64,000 nt of DNA from a virus. Under the pieces are notes generated by a model that did no database searches, was not told the DNA's origin, and saw nothing but the letters and a program-made list of their open reading frames with translations. Positions 8,786 to 18,938 of this stretch are shown piece by piece (within the stretch, counting starts at the first letter, position 1; the number at the start of each line of letters is the position of its first letter). The stretch is from the IMG/VR virus record IMGVR_UViG_3300020451_002162, positions 27,566 through 91,565 of that record; one strand, 5' to 3'. The translations under genes were made by a program, and so were the position numbers.

Positions 8786-11700
8786 GTTCTTATAATACTT
8801 TATATATCGACATAGAACAATCTCCCAGCCTTTTATCTTCTATAGAAAGTATTAAGCTTTCATCTAACATATATTATCTAAATGCTGATCGTCAACAACT
8901 TTTATTAAATACTGCTGACGGGACGGCTAGCTATGCTTGGCTTTATTCAGCTGATGGGGGACAAACATTTAAAACTTTAAATCAAAATAGTCCTAGTTTG
9001 TCACTAGATGTGAACACATTAAACATTCAGTACATATATAAATTAAAAGTATCTGTAGACAGAAATTCTTCTTCTTTGTTGAGTAACAGTTCTGATACTA
9101 AAAACATTGTTTCTAATACTAGCGACAATATTATTTTAACCAATCAAGCCGATGACGATTCTGAGGTATGGTATAGCGAAGCAATAACTATTAATCATAA
9201 TCTAGATTTAGAAGATATTATTGTAGATATGGCCTTAAACGATATCATAGAACAACTTGGCGACGAAATTAATTTTAATAATCAATTAGACAATCTAGAG
9301 CTAAATTCAGAATATGAAGAATCTATAGAGAACACACAAAATATAGAATCTGTCACTATCGGAGCAGATAGTCCTACAGGTGGTGCTGGTTATCTGACAA
9401 CTACATGCTATGAAAGACGAGTCAACTATTTTTGTGGTGTCAAGATTGATTACTGTGTTAAAAAAGAAGAATTTATTTTCCCCGGCAGTGACTTTGTTTG
9501 TAATGGAATAGAAGTTTGTGCTGGAAAGTGTATAGTAGAAGAGGAAGCTTTGTTTACACTTAACCGGGAGGTTGGAGATTGGTTTAATACCAAAATAGGA
9601 AATGGTCATTATAAATGGTGTGTAGGAGGTGTTCAAACTCTAGCCCCTAGTGATTCGGTAAGTAGATTATCTGACTACGGTAGTTGCGGAGATCCTATAG
9701 CTGATCCTGAGAGAGGTAAGGCACTGTTGTGTGCTGATGCTGGAAGTGCAACCAGTTACAGAGATTGCCCTGATGTCAAGAATCATAAAGGAGGCTGTCC
9801 GGGAGAAGAATATAACATTGCACCGAGAAAATGGTGCAATCCAGAGATTTGTCCAGGAACTAGTAGCACACGGTTTAAAACCCTACTTACTCTTACATCA
9901 AGTACTAAACAACATAAATGTCACGGAAATAAATATGTGTACCAAGGAGGCTGTTCATGTACAGATAAAAGTGGGAACACATCTGTTGAGTATGGAGGAG
10001 GTTGTGCTGGTCCGGATTGTACGTCTGTAGCTGCTCCGAGCTTAACTTATAATGGAATTATTTCGGTCAACGTAGTCGCAGAGTCTGATGGCAAGCTGTA
10101 CGCTAGATTTGTAGGTCGACCCAAATTAGAATCAAATACAACATACGAGCTAACACTTCAGGATAATTCAGAAGGTAATCATAATGCTAATGATTCACTC
10201 TTTTTCACAACAGGATATATGGAACCAGATTCAGACATATGCGATATACACTCATTAAATCTAGGAAGTGACGATTGGGGTCCTTGTATAAATGGAGGAA
10301 CTTGTTATGACGGCGACGACATTGATCCTAGTGTCAAATGTTTTGAGGGAAATGCTTACTATCAAATCATTGGCGGAGGAACAGAAACTTATAGTTGTGT
10401 AGAACACTGCGGAACAGATTCTCCTCCTATAGCAGATGCTCCTGTCATTATAGTTGCTCCTGTTGCAAGTAGACCAAGTTCTTCGGAAGGTTTATACACA
10501 CTAGACGCAGCAATCGAAAAAATAGCTGATGACAATGATCCCGACCCGTATTATCTTAGAATAGACAGTCTCCAGAAAGATTGGAGGAAAAACACAAAAT
10601 GCGAATACTATTGTGAAGTAGACTATAAGACAAAAGAATACAGAGTCGCCACTACAGCATCTATTGGGATAGGAGGTCCAAGTCTTTTCAATGCTTGTAC
10701 GGCCTGTAACTGCGAAACAAGCGCAGAATGCGGAGGTTGTGAAGTATGCTGTGACGGAACATGTGTTGGATATCCTAGTGACAAAGAAAATGCTGCGTGT
10801 CATCCTTGTGCTGCAATTCCAGGAGGTGTTTGTTGTACAAGTTTTGATGCTCTAGGTAATAAGACTGTCACATGTGCTAATCCTAAATACTGTGAAGAAT
10901 GCATAGGTGTTGCAAGTCCTTCTACTGGTACGACAGCTGGTGTTCCTTACAATCCTAATGACCCTACTATAGCGTGTTGTGAGGGCGTTAAATATGATCC
11001 TAGATGTAAACAATGTGAAGAAGGTACGATAACCGACATATGCATACCTCCAAAAGTATGTACTAAATCAGGAACAAGTACTTGGGACGACTATTCTAAT
11101 GATCCTCTTTTTCCAACTCAAATTACATACGACACGTTTTCATGTATAATACCTCCTTGTCCTCATTGTACATCTGAAGCTGATGATTATGAAACATCGG
11201 GATCTTGTGTTCCCTATAACGGAAGTGTCGATGCAATATTAGCATGTATGGAGTGTGAAGTCGTAGATAATCCTTCTTATCCTAGTTTGAGTGACGAACC
11301 ACAGATGCCATTATTTACCTCTACTTTAGACGAAGGACAAACATGCTGCCAAACAGGAGCTGAAACAGCATCTCCCGCAGATGTTTGCTGTCCCGGTGAT
11401 ACGTACTCAATTATCTGCAGTACAGACGAAAGCTGCTGTAATGGAGACTGCTTAGATCCTGGACAATGCTGTGGAGACAGTGGCGCAGAAGATGAACCGA
11501 TATGTCAGGACTGCGAAGGTAAAGAGAAATGTCCTTCAGGAACAACATGCTGCACAGGAACAGATCCAAATCCTCCATACGGAGTAATATTTGTTGGATG
11601 TGCAGATCCTAATCAGTGTCAAGAGTGTGGTAGTGGATGGGGCAACTCTCGTCAAGGTGTGCGGCCGACATATGATACTACCGACCCATGTCTAGTATGT

Positions 11701-11787
11701 AACGAAGGCAGTGTTGATACCGTCACTTCAGACGATCCAGAAGATCCTTGTTACTCAGCCCCACAATCTATTTTCTATGAACCATAA
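8782..11787 (+). CDS. Ig-domain + very Cys-rich putative fibre/adhesin
   Basis: N-terminal YAWLYSADGG Ig motif, acidic linker, then about 74 Cys (manual count) in CC/CxxC clusters. Confidence 0.65.
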   Translation: MSSYNTLYIDIEQSPSLLSSIESIKLSSNIYYLNADRQQLLLNTADGTASYAWLYSADGGQTFKTLNQNSPSLSLDVNTLNIQYIYKLKVSVDRNSSSLLSNSSDTKNIVSNTSDNIILTNQADDDSEVWYSEAITINHNLDLEDIIVDMALNDIIEQLGDEINFNNQLDNLELNSEYEESIENTQNIESVTIGADSPTGGAGYLTTTCYERRVNYFCGVKIDYCVKKEEFIFPGSDFVCNGIEVCAGKCIVEEEALFTLNREVGDWFNTKIGNGHYKWCVGGVQTLAPSDSVSRLSDYGSCGDPIADPERGKALLCADAGSATSYRDCPDVKNHKGGCPGEEYNIAPRKWCNPEICPGTSSTRFKTLLTLTSSTKQHKCHGNKYVYQGGCSCTDKSGNTSVEYGGGCAGPDCTSVAAPSLTYNGIISVNVVAESDGKLYARFVGRPKLESNTTYELTLQDNSEGNHNANDSLFFTTGYMEPDSDICDIHSLNLGSDDWGPCINGGTCYDGDDIDPSVKCFEGNAYYQIIGGGTETYSCVEHCGTDSPPIADAPVIIVAPVASRPSSSEGLYTLDAAIEKIADDNDPDPYYLRIDSLQKDWRKNTKCEYYCEVDYKTKEYRVATTASIGIGGPSLFNACTACNCETSAECGGCEVCCDGTCVGYPSDKENAACHPCAAIPGGVCCTSFDALGNKTVTCANPKYCEECIGVASPSTGTTAGVPYNPNDPTIACCEGVKYDPRCKQCEEGTITDICIPPKVCTKSGTSTWDDYSNDPLFPTQITYDTFSCIIPPCPHCTSEADDYETSGSCVPYNGSVDAILACMECEVVDNPSYPSLSDEPQMPLFTSTLDEGQTCCQTGAETASPADVCCPGDTYSIICSTDESCCNGDCLDPGQCCGDSGAEDEPICQDCEGKEKCPSGTTCCTGTDPNPPYGVIFVGCADPNQCQECGSGWGNSRQGVRPTYDTTDPCLVCNEGSVDTVTSDDPEDPCYSAPQSIFYEP

Positions 11788-11803
11788 TATCGGAGATACT
11801 TAA

Positions 11804-12271
11804 ATGAGTAGTATAAGAATAAAAAATTTACCTGCTTCTACAGGAGTTTTAAATACAGATAATCTAATTGTTAGCTCTGATGATTTAACGTATAAACTTC
11901 CTGTTTCTGGCATAAAAAAACAGCTAATAAAACAGACGACTAATTTACGAGCAGTCGCTACCGAGTTAAATTACGATACCACAGCTAACGATATTAACAA
12001 TATCATTAATGTCAATAAAAGTGTGCCGTCTACAGTAACTATAACATCTGCCGCATCAACTAGCGCAAATATAGGTGATCATATAGATGTATTTAATACT
12101 AGTTCTACTTCAGATGTGAGAATTTTATCTCCATCTGGGGTATATATAAGAAGCATGGGTAATCATGTAGATTTAACCAGGCAATATGGCGTAGGTAAAA
12201 TTACTAAATTTTCCAGTAATGAATGGATGCTTACTGGAGATTTTTTCACTTCTCCTAGTGGTACATTCTAA
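11804..12271 (+). CDS. Tail-fibre-like small structural protein
   Basis: N-terminal IRIKNLP..DNLIV and C-terminal NEWMLTGD motifs typical of phage fibre modules. Confidence 0.5.
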   Translation: MSSIRIKNLPASTGVLNTDNLIVSSDDLTYKLPVSGIKKQLIKQTTNLRAVATELNYDTTANDINNIINVNKSVPSTVTITSAASTSANIGDHIDVFNTSSTSDVRILSPSGVYIRSMGNHVDLTRQYGVGKITKFSSNEWMLTGDFFTSPSGTF

Positions 12272-12663
12272 TGAAAAACAATAAACAATTGGAAAGCCTA
12301 TCTAACAAGATAGCAAATGATTCAGGATTAACAGGCTGTGAAGAATATGGTAGTATTCTATTAACTATTATGATAATTGGAATAATTTTAAATTCAATTA
12401 GAGTAATTCAAGAGTGCAATAGTAGCAAATTAAACAAAATGTCTGATGAAGAAAAACATTCTTTTCTAAAAGATCAGATTAAAACTTTATCTAGTAAACG
12501 TGGATGGTTTACTAAAATGCGTATTCGCAAAGTTATGAGAAGAGAACTAAAAAAAGAAACATACAAACAGTATGGTGCAAATATCGTAGATAGTATTTTA
12601 AATAGTGGAGAGAATATCACGGATGATGAACTTTCATCAATTCTGGAGGCTTTAAATGTTTAG
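12271..12663 (+). CDS. Hypothetical single-TM protein
   Basis: TM SILLTIMIIGIILNSI followed by a basic domain. Confidence 0.55.
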   Translation: MKNNKQLESLSNKIANDSGLTGCEEYGSILLTIMIIGIILNSIRVIQECNSSKLNKMSDEEKHSFLKDQIKTLSSKRGWFTKMRIRKVMRRELKKETYKQYGANIVDSILNSGENITDDELSSILEALNV

Positions 12664-12907
12664 TATAATTATATGGTGTGTATATGGTATATTCGTCGGA
12701 GCTATTGCTAAGAGCATTGTTCCTGGAGAAGAAAATTTTGGCTTTTTTAAGACAATAGCATTAGGAGTAGCTGGCTCATACATGGGCGGCGCTGTATTAT
12801 ATCTACTGGGGCAGTATAATGCACTAGAGCCTTCGGGCATATTCATGGGAATAGCTGGTGCTGTTTTAGCTTTAGTATTATATAATAAATTAGTAAATGA
12901 AAAATAG
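12656..12907 (+). CDS. GlsB/YeaQ/YmgE (transglycosylase-associated) membrane protein
   Basis: IIWCVYGIFVGAIAKSIVPG...TIALGVAGSYMGG...IAGAVLAL, 3 TM. Confidence 0.85.
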   Translation: MFSIIIWCVYGIFVGAIAKSIVPGEENFGFFKTIALGVAGSYMGGAVLYLLGQYNALEPSGIFMGIAGAVLALVLYNKLVNEK

Positions 12908-13850
12908 AGTTCCAGTATTATTGTGGTTGTATCATGTCGATTTATGGCCAGAAATACTGTCTCTATTAATACCAATACAAGACCTTATTGAATTACATAT
13001 AGGTCTTTATAAAAATAATGAACAAAATTTTATAGTTGAAGATAGTATAGCAACTATTTTTGATGTATATAATATAACATATCACGACAATATGGGGGGA
13101 GATGTCCTCCCTTTTCTTGAGCAGTTGAACAGTCTAAGCCCTTCTAGATTTAAGCATGATACATTCTTAAAGATACACACTAAAAAAAGTTTATTTGCAG
13201 GAAAGATTAATTGGAGAATTATACTTTTACATAATCTTATGGGTAGTAGGTCTATTTTTCTAAAAAATTTAGACAAACTTAAAGACAATAAGTGTGGTGC
13301 TCTTACATGCTCTAATTTAATTCTGAGTGATATGGAACATACAAACAAAAGTATTATAGAAGACATATCAGAAAATATACTATCTATTCCATATGAGAAA
13401 GTAAAGAATAAAAAATTCTGTGGAGGTAATATGTTTTTTGGTAAAATCTCTACTTTTCGTTCTTATTTTAATAGTGATACATTATCCTTAATTAGGCCAA
13501 AATTAAAAAAAGAAAAAGGCAAAATTAGTGATGTTAAAAAAGGAACATATGCACACAGTCTAGAAAGACTATTCGGGTATATTGTATTAGATAATAATCA
13601 AAAAATAATTCCTTCAGCACTAGAAGCGACCAAGATACTTAATCCACTTGCGCAAAACAATAAACTTCATATAATACTATTGTACGATGAGATTTCTTGC
13701 TACATTCACGAAGATATCAATGTCTGTGGTAAAATTCTATCTCGTTCTGATAAAGCCATAGAGATAGAGTGGTTTCATTTAACCAATCCGGTAATTAAAA
13801 AATACAAATATATTTCAAATAATACGCTAGTAGCTGATGCACAAAAATAG
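12897..13850 (+). CDS. RgpF-like (rhamnan synthesis F) glycosyltransferase
   Basis: HVDLWPE, NMGGDVLPFL, FLKIHTKKS, GGNMF, HSLERLFG motifs. Confidence 0.75.
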   Translation: MKNRVPVLLWLYHVDLWPEILSLLIPIQDLIELHIGLYKNNEQNFIVEDSIATIFDVYNITYHDNMGGDVLPFLEQLNSLSPSRFKHDTFLKIHTKKSLFAGKINWRIILLHNLMGSRSIFLKNLDKLKDNKCGALTCSNLILSDMEHTNKSIIEDISENILSIPYEKVKNKKFCGGNMFFGKISTFRSYFNSDTLSLIRPKLKKEKGKISDVKKGTYAHSLERLFGYIVLDNNQKIIPSALEATKILNPLAQNNKLHIILLYDEISCYIHEDINVCGKILSRSDKAIEIEWFHLTNPVIKKYKYISNNTLVADAQK

Positions 13851-14763
13851 GATATTATTAACAGGTGGCTCAGGCTTTTTGGGTAAACATGTATATAAAA
13901 ATTTATTAGAGAATAATTACAAAGATATTTATATCCCCAGAAAAGTAGATTACGACCTAAGAAACTTGTCAAAATGCAATGATTTATTTAGGTCCGTTAA
14001 CCCAGATACTGTTATCCACTTAGCCGCAACATGTGGTGGTATAGGCGCTAATATGCGATCTCCCGGTAGGTATTTTTACGATAATATGTCTATGGGTCTA
14101 AATATAATAGAGCAAGCTAGATTGAATAATGTTAAAAAATTCATACTGATTGGTACTGTCTGTGCCTATCCAAAATTGTGCAATATTCCTTTTCAAGAAA
14201 AAGATATATGGAAAGGATATCCAGAAGAAACTAATGCCCCATACGGAGTAGCGAAAAAATCTTTATTCGTTATGTTGGACGCATATAATAAAGAGTATGG
14301 TTTTAATAGTACGATTTTAGTGCCATCAAATCTATATGGTCCCTATGATAATTTTGAAGATCATTCAAGTCACGTTATACCTGCCCTAATTAAAAAAATT
14401 GATTATGCAAATAAAAATGGGGAAGACACGGTTGTTATATGGGGAGATGGTTCTGTAAGTAGAGAATTTCTATATGCAGATCAAGCAGCTAAGGCAATTG
14501 TTAAAAGCATAAACGTAAATACAGGACCTAGCCCAATTAATCTTGGTTCTGGAGAAGAAATAACCATAAAAAATCTTGTCAATAAACTTGTACATAAAAT
14601 GAACTTTAATGGCTCAATATCTTGGGATACATCCAAACCAAACGGACAACCTAGAAGATGTATAAATGCTAATAAGGCTATGTCTTATTTAGGCTGGCAA
14701 AATCAAGTAAATATAGACAAAGGACTAGATATGACTCTGGAGTGGTATAATAATGACGTATAA
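13837..14763 (+). CDS. fcl: GDP-L-fucose synthase (epimerase/reductase)
   Basis: TGGSGFLG, HLAATCGGIGAN, VCAYPK, YGVAKK, NLYGPYDNF, SHVIPAL, WGDGS-REFLY, KPNGQPRR. Confidence 0.93.
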   Translation: MHKNRILLTGGSGFLGKHVYKNLLENNYKDIYIPRKVDYDLRNLSKCNDLFRSVNPDTVIHLAATCGGIGANMRSPGRYFYDNMSMGLNIIEQARLNNVKKFILIGTVCAYPKLCNIPFQEKDIWKGYPEETNAPYGVAKKSLFVMLDAYNKEYGFNSTILVPSNLYGPYDNFEDHSSHVIPALIKKIDYANKNGEDTVVIWGDGSVSREFLYADQAAKAIVKSINVNTGPSPINLGSGEEITIKNLVNKLVHKMNFNGSISWDTSKPNGQPRRCINANKAMSYLGWQNQVNIDKGLDMTLEWYNNDV

Positions 14764-17302
14764 TATTCCAGAAGATTTTGATTGGGAGTTTTATCTATCT
14801 TCTCATCCTGATCTTGTCAAAGCGGGGATCAACACAGAAAAACTAGCTAAATACCACTATGTTACTTATGGTAAAAAAGAAAATAGAATTTATAAAAAGT
14901 CTCAAGATGAAGTCTTAGGATACTTTGATAAACAAAGTGACTCTAACGATAATATAGTTTTATTTGTACAATGGTATGACGATCCGAATACTTTTATAAA
15001 TAGAACTAAATGTTTACATAGGAATATCAGCAATCCATATATAGATATTATTAATATATTCTATGAAGCTGGCTCAGAGCATAAATTACATCAGTCTATT
15101 ATTGAAAATGAAAAAGTTAAATTAGTTCCTCTTAATCAAAGAATGAACTACGGTTTATGGATGCAGTTTGCAGACATGAACTATGCAGACAGTATAAAAA
15201 TTTTATGTAATTCTGATATCTATCTTGATGAAACAGTAGTGTCATTGAAACAAGCATCGTTTAATAATAATAGAATACTAGCAGTCACAAGGAAAGACGA
15301 AGATGTAAATGGTAATATAGTTACCAGTAAAGAAAGGTTTTCGGATGACTCAATAGACATTAATCCTCTCTATTCTCATGATTGCTGGATATATAAAGAT
15401 AAAATTGATGCCATAGAATACAGTAATATAAACTTAAATTTAGGATATGAAAATTGCGACAGATTATTTAAGAAGTATTGTCAACAACATAATATTGAAT
15501 TTGTAAATTTGTTTCCTAATATCAATTGTATTCATTTAGATCACAGATCTCAAAAAACAAGACCCGCTTACGATTTAAACGTTGAGACTGATAAAAAAAA
15601 ACTAATTTTATATACAACATATTATAAATCTAGTAATATACAAAGACAGCATGAGATCGACATTGCATTAACAAAAAATATAAACAGCTCTTACTTTGCG
15701 AAAGTTTATATATTTGTAGATACAGACACAGAACTACCCAAATCTATTCGTAATAAAAATTATGAGATTATTCACAATAGTCATAAACCGTTTTATTTTG
15801 ATTGGATATCTCACTCACAAAAACATTTGAACGATACAGATATTTCGTTGTTTGGTAACGCAGACATCATATTTGATGATACAATAAATATCTTATCTGA
15901 TTATTTTACAGAAGGGGAGTCGACATTAATTTGCTTGAGTAGATATGAGCAAAATCAACTCTGCTCTAAACCTCATTGGTCTCAGGATACTTGGGCTTTT
16001 CAAGTTGAAAACATTAGAAACATTAAGTTTATTAATGATACAAAAATTAGGACGGGACATGCTAGGTGCGACAACAAAATAGCGTTTGTTTTTGCTGTAA
16101 ATGGTTGGACTATAAAAAATCCTTGTTTTAATATTATAACAGAACATTTACATTATAGTCAACATAGATCCTATACAATTAGTGATGATGAAGTAATTGG
16201 GGGTATGTGTTATATACATCCTTCTCGTGATTACAGCGCTTCTAAAATAGATTATGCCATAGTCAATAAAAGTCATAATCAAACATATAATAACGATATT
16301 CCTATTTGGTCTTTAGAAATGTTAGAACAAACAAATAGCTTGGATATTGTTAAAAACTTTAAAACAATAGGGAGTATGTATAATAAAAACCATTTAATGG
16401 GAGGTTGGTCTACCGTTAATAATTTATTAGACAAATATCAGGAATCGAAAACTGCTAATATCAACTTAATAACATTTACTTGGGAAACTTTTTTAGCAAA
16501 ACAATACGAAGTGTTTGAGCAGCCTTGGGTGGGAATAGATCATTTAGTCAATTTTGTGCCGCAATATTATCGTAAAATTTCAAAAAATATATTACCTGAA
16601 AGTAATTTTTTCAATCGTATTCTACATAAAAGTAATGTATTAGAAAATTGCAAAGGTATAATCTATACTTCAGATAGCACAAGATTGAATAGTCTTAATT
16701 GTAAATACACAAAAGACATACCTAAATGCACCATTCATCATCCTATTGTACTAGACCCAGAATCTACACAATTCAATTTAGATGAGTACCTGAACAATAA
16801 AAATAAAAAACTTATTAATTTAGGTTGGTTCAATAGAAATTTTGGTTTTTTTGAAAGGCTTAATGTTTCTGACTTTGAAAAAGTCTTTGTTTTTGGGGGC
16901 TTGTCTGGATATAAAGGTTATGTTTTTACAGAGGATATGTACTATCACGGTATTGATATAATTAATACAGAAATATCTCCTAGACTTTCTGATGTAGAAC
17001 TAAACGACATATTAAGCAAGAATTTAATATTTGTTAATTTATATGACTCTTCAGCTAATAATGCTATTATTAATTCCGTTCAAAGAAATTGTCCAATAGT
17101 AATTAATAGGTTAGATGCTTGTGTAGAATACTTAGGTTCTGATTATCCATTATATTATGACTATCCAGACGAAATACAGGATTTGTTGTCAGAAAGCTCT
17201 GTGGCTTCTGCTCACGAATATTTGAAACAATTGAATATTAATAGTTTTAGTATGGAAACTTTTATCGGTAAAGTTAATGAATTCGTTGGAAAGTTAGGTT
17301 AA
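14753..17302 (+). CDS. Multi-domain glycosyltransferase (two tandem GT-A-like domains + GT-B-like C-terminus)
   Basis: N-terminal FDWEFYL..HPDL..HY..YGKKENR repeat; duplicated NSDIYLD/NADIIFD, SHDCW/SQDTW, GYENCD/GHARCD; C-terminal DSSANNAII..CPIVINR..EYLGSDYPL. Confidence 0.65.
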   Translation: MTYNIPEDFDWEFYLSSHPDLVKAGINTEKLAKYHYVTYGKKENRIYKKSQDEVLGYFDKQSDSNDNIVLFVQWYDDPNTFINRTKCLHRNISNPYIDIINIFYEAGSEHKLHQSIIENEKVKLVPLNQRMNYGLWMQFADMNYADSIKILCNSDIYLDETVVSLKQASFNNNRILAVTRKDEDVNGNIVTSKERFSDDSIDINPLYSHDCWIYKDKIDAIEYSNINLNLGYENCDRLFKKYCQQHNIEFVNLFPNINCIHLDHRSQKTRPAYDLNVETDKKKLILYTTYYKSSNIQRQHEIDIALTKNINSSYFAKVYIFVDTDTELPKSIRNKNYEIIHNSHKPFYFDWISHSQKHLNDTDISLFGNADIIFDDTINILSDYFTEGESTLICLSRYEQNQLCSKPHWSQDTWAFQVENIRNIKFINDTKIRTGHARCDNKIAFVFAVNGWTIKNPCFNIITEHLHYSQHRSYTISDDEVIGGMCYIHPSRDYSASKIDYAIVNKSHNQTYNNDIPIWSLEMLEQTNSLDIVKNFKTIGSMYNKNHLMGGWSTVNNLLDKYQESKTANINLITFTWETFLAKQYEVFEQPWVGIDHLVNFVPQYYRKISKNILPESNFFNRILHKSNVLENCKGIIYTSDSTRLNSLNCKYTKDIPKCTIHHPIVLDPESTQFNLDEYLNNKNKKLINLGWFNRNFGFFERLNVSDFEKVFVFGGLSGYKGYVFTEDMYYHGIDIINTEISPRLSDVELNDILSKNLIFVNLYDSSANNAIINSVQRNCPIVINRLDACVEYLGSDYPLYYDYPDEIQDLLSESSVASAHEYLKQLNINSFSMETFIGKVNEFVGKLG

Positions 17303-17303
17303 T

Positions 17304-18938
17304 ATGCTACCAACAAAAATATTATTGCTTAGTAATCCCAGACATGGCACAACTTTTTTAATTGATAACATTAATAAGAATGAAGATATTAGGATGTGTT
17401 ATGAATTGTTAACTTTAGGAGAGGGTGTTGACAAACACTATCATGAATGCTTTACTAAGATTGTAGATAGGCAAGTTTTAAATCTAACAGATTGTGAACA
17501 GTATAACCAACAAAGAAAACAAAACGAGATAGATTACTTTCAACATATCTCTAAAAAGTTTAATAATATTCAAACTATTGAAACTATAGGATATAAAATT
17601 TTTGCACAACAAATAGATGCTCCTTCGATGCAAAATAAAGTAATGTTAGAGAATGTCCTTGCTGAATTTGACAAAGTTATATTTCTTGATAGAGATATGG
17701 TTTCTTATGCTTTTTCTTGGCTCAATGCAGGAAAATATGGATGGAGCGTACTTAAGAGATCCTCAAAAGATACAAATTTAGTAGCTAGTGCAAGAGAAAC
17801 GCAAGACATTATCAGACAAACTATGCACAAACATAAACTTTTTGCAATAGCTCACAAATACTTAGAAAAAAATAATATACCTTATTTAGATTTAAACTAC
17901 AACGATTTAGATAAAGCTCCTGAATTATTGTCTAATTTTTTAAATACAGAAATAACATTTAAGAATAGTTTTAGACCTAACAAATATGACTATAAAACAT
18001 TTTTAGCTAATAATCCAGAATTAAGCAAAGCAGTCGACGATCAAAACATTCTAATTGATTTAGAAAATGCAACTGCTCCTCCAATACCTGATTTTAAAAG
18101 ACAAGAGAACAAATTAGAGGCTATTAATGTTTTACATACAGGGAGCGAAAAAAGTGCTGAGGTAAATCATTTTGTAAATCAAATAATTAAATCTTTTGAA
18201 TCCTGCGACTTAGACAACAAGCTTGCTAAAAGCATAGATCTAAATATAGCTATATCTTCTAATTCTGTGTTCAATTTTAGCTCAGAACATATCGATATAC
18301 TTAAGGGCTTTTTCAAAGATGTTAATATTTTAACCATAGAGATTCCAGAAAACAAAGATTTTTATTTCAATGAGATGCCTGACAATTTAGATAATATTAG
18401 TTTAGAATACGGATTAAAATCTGGTCCTAACTATGTATTTTTCCGTTGTATAGATTTAATGAAAAGATATAATACGTGTTTGTTTTTAGAAATAGATACA
18501 TATCTCAAGAATAATTGGCTTTCAGCAATAGCTAATTATGTAAATAGTTGTGGCAATTTTTGGATTAGTGGACCTGCATATAGCGGTATTGCTGGAATAG
18601 TTGATCCTGATTTTTTGCTTAGTCATCATATTAACGGAGGAACATGTATATACAATACAGGAAATCATAATTTTCAAGCCTTCATACAATGGTGCGAGAA
18701 AATATTTCCTATGCTAACAAAAAATAATGCGACGTTACCTTATGATTATTTAATACCCACACTTTACTTAATCTATGTAAATCGTCACTGTAAGGAAAGT
18801 TGGAGAATTGTTCAATTAGCTAAGCAAAATTATATCTATAATAACTTAATATGTAATTTAAGCTTAGAGGGAGATGCCGATGAAACAAAAGATCCTGTTC
18901 CAGGTTATATTATACATGAAAAATTAAAACTTGACTAA
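17304..18938 (+). CDS. Stf0-like sulfotransferase fused to a putative glycosyltransferase domain
   Basis: PAPS-binding-like loop SNPRHGTTFL, GYKIF, VIFLDR..S.W; C-terminal SGPN..FLEID..HINGG domain. Confidence 0.6.
   Translation: MLPTKILLLSNPRHGTTFLIDNINKNEDIRMCYELLTLGEGVDKHYHECFTKIVDRQVLNLTDCEQYNQQRKQNEIDYFQHISKKFNNIQTIETIGYKIFAQQIDAPSMQNKVMLENVLAEFDKVIFLDRDMVSYAFSWLNAGKYGWSVLKRSSKDTNLVASARETQDIIRQTMHKHKLFAIAHKYLEKNNIPYLDLNYNDLDKAPELLSNFLNTEITFKNSFRPNKYDYKTFLANNPELSKAVDDQNILIDLENATAPPIPDFKRQENKLEAINVLHTGSEKSAEVNHFVNQIIKSFESCDLDNKLAKSIDLNIAISSNSVFNFSSEHIDILKGFFKDVNILTIEIPENKDFYFNEMPDNLDNISLEYGLKSGPNYVFFRCIDLMKRYNTCLFLEIDTYLKNNWLSAIANYVNSCGNFWISGPAYSGIAGIVDPDFLLSHHINGGTCIYNTGNHNFQAFIQWCEKIFPMLTKNNATLPYDYLIPTLYLIYVNRHCKESWRIVQLAKQNYIYNNLICNLSLEGDADETKDPVPGYIIHEKLKLD

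Noticed and set aside
8782-11787. Diversity-generating retroelement target
   Set aside because: No reverse transcriptase and no template/variable repeat pair noticed in the window.
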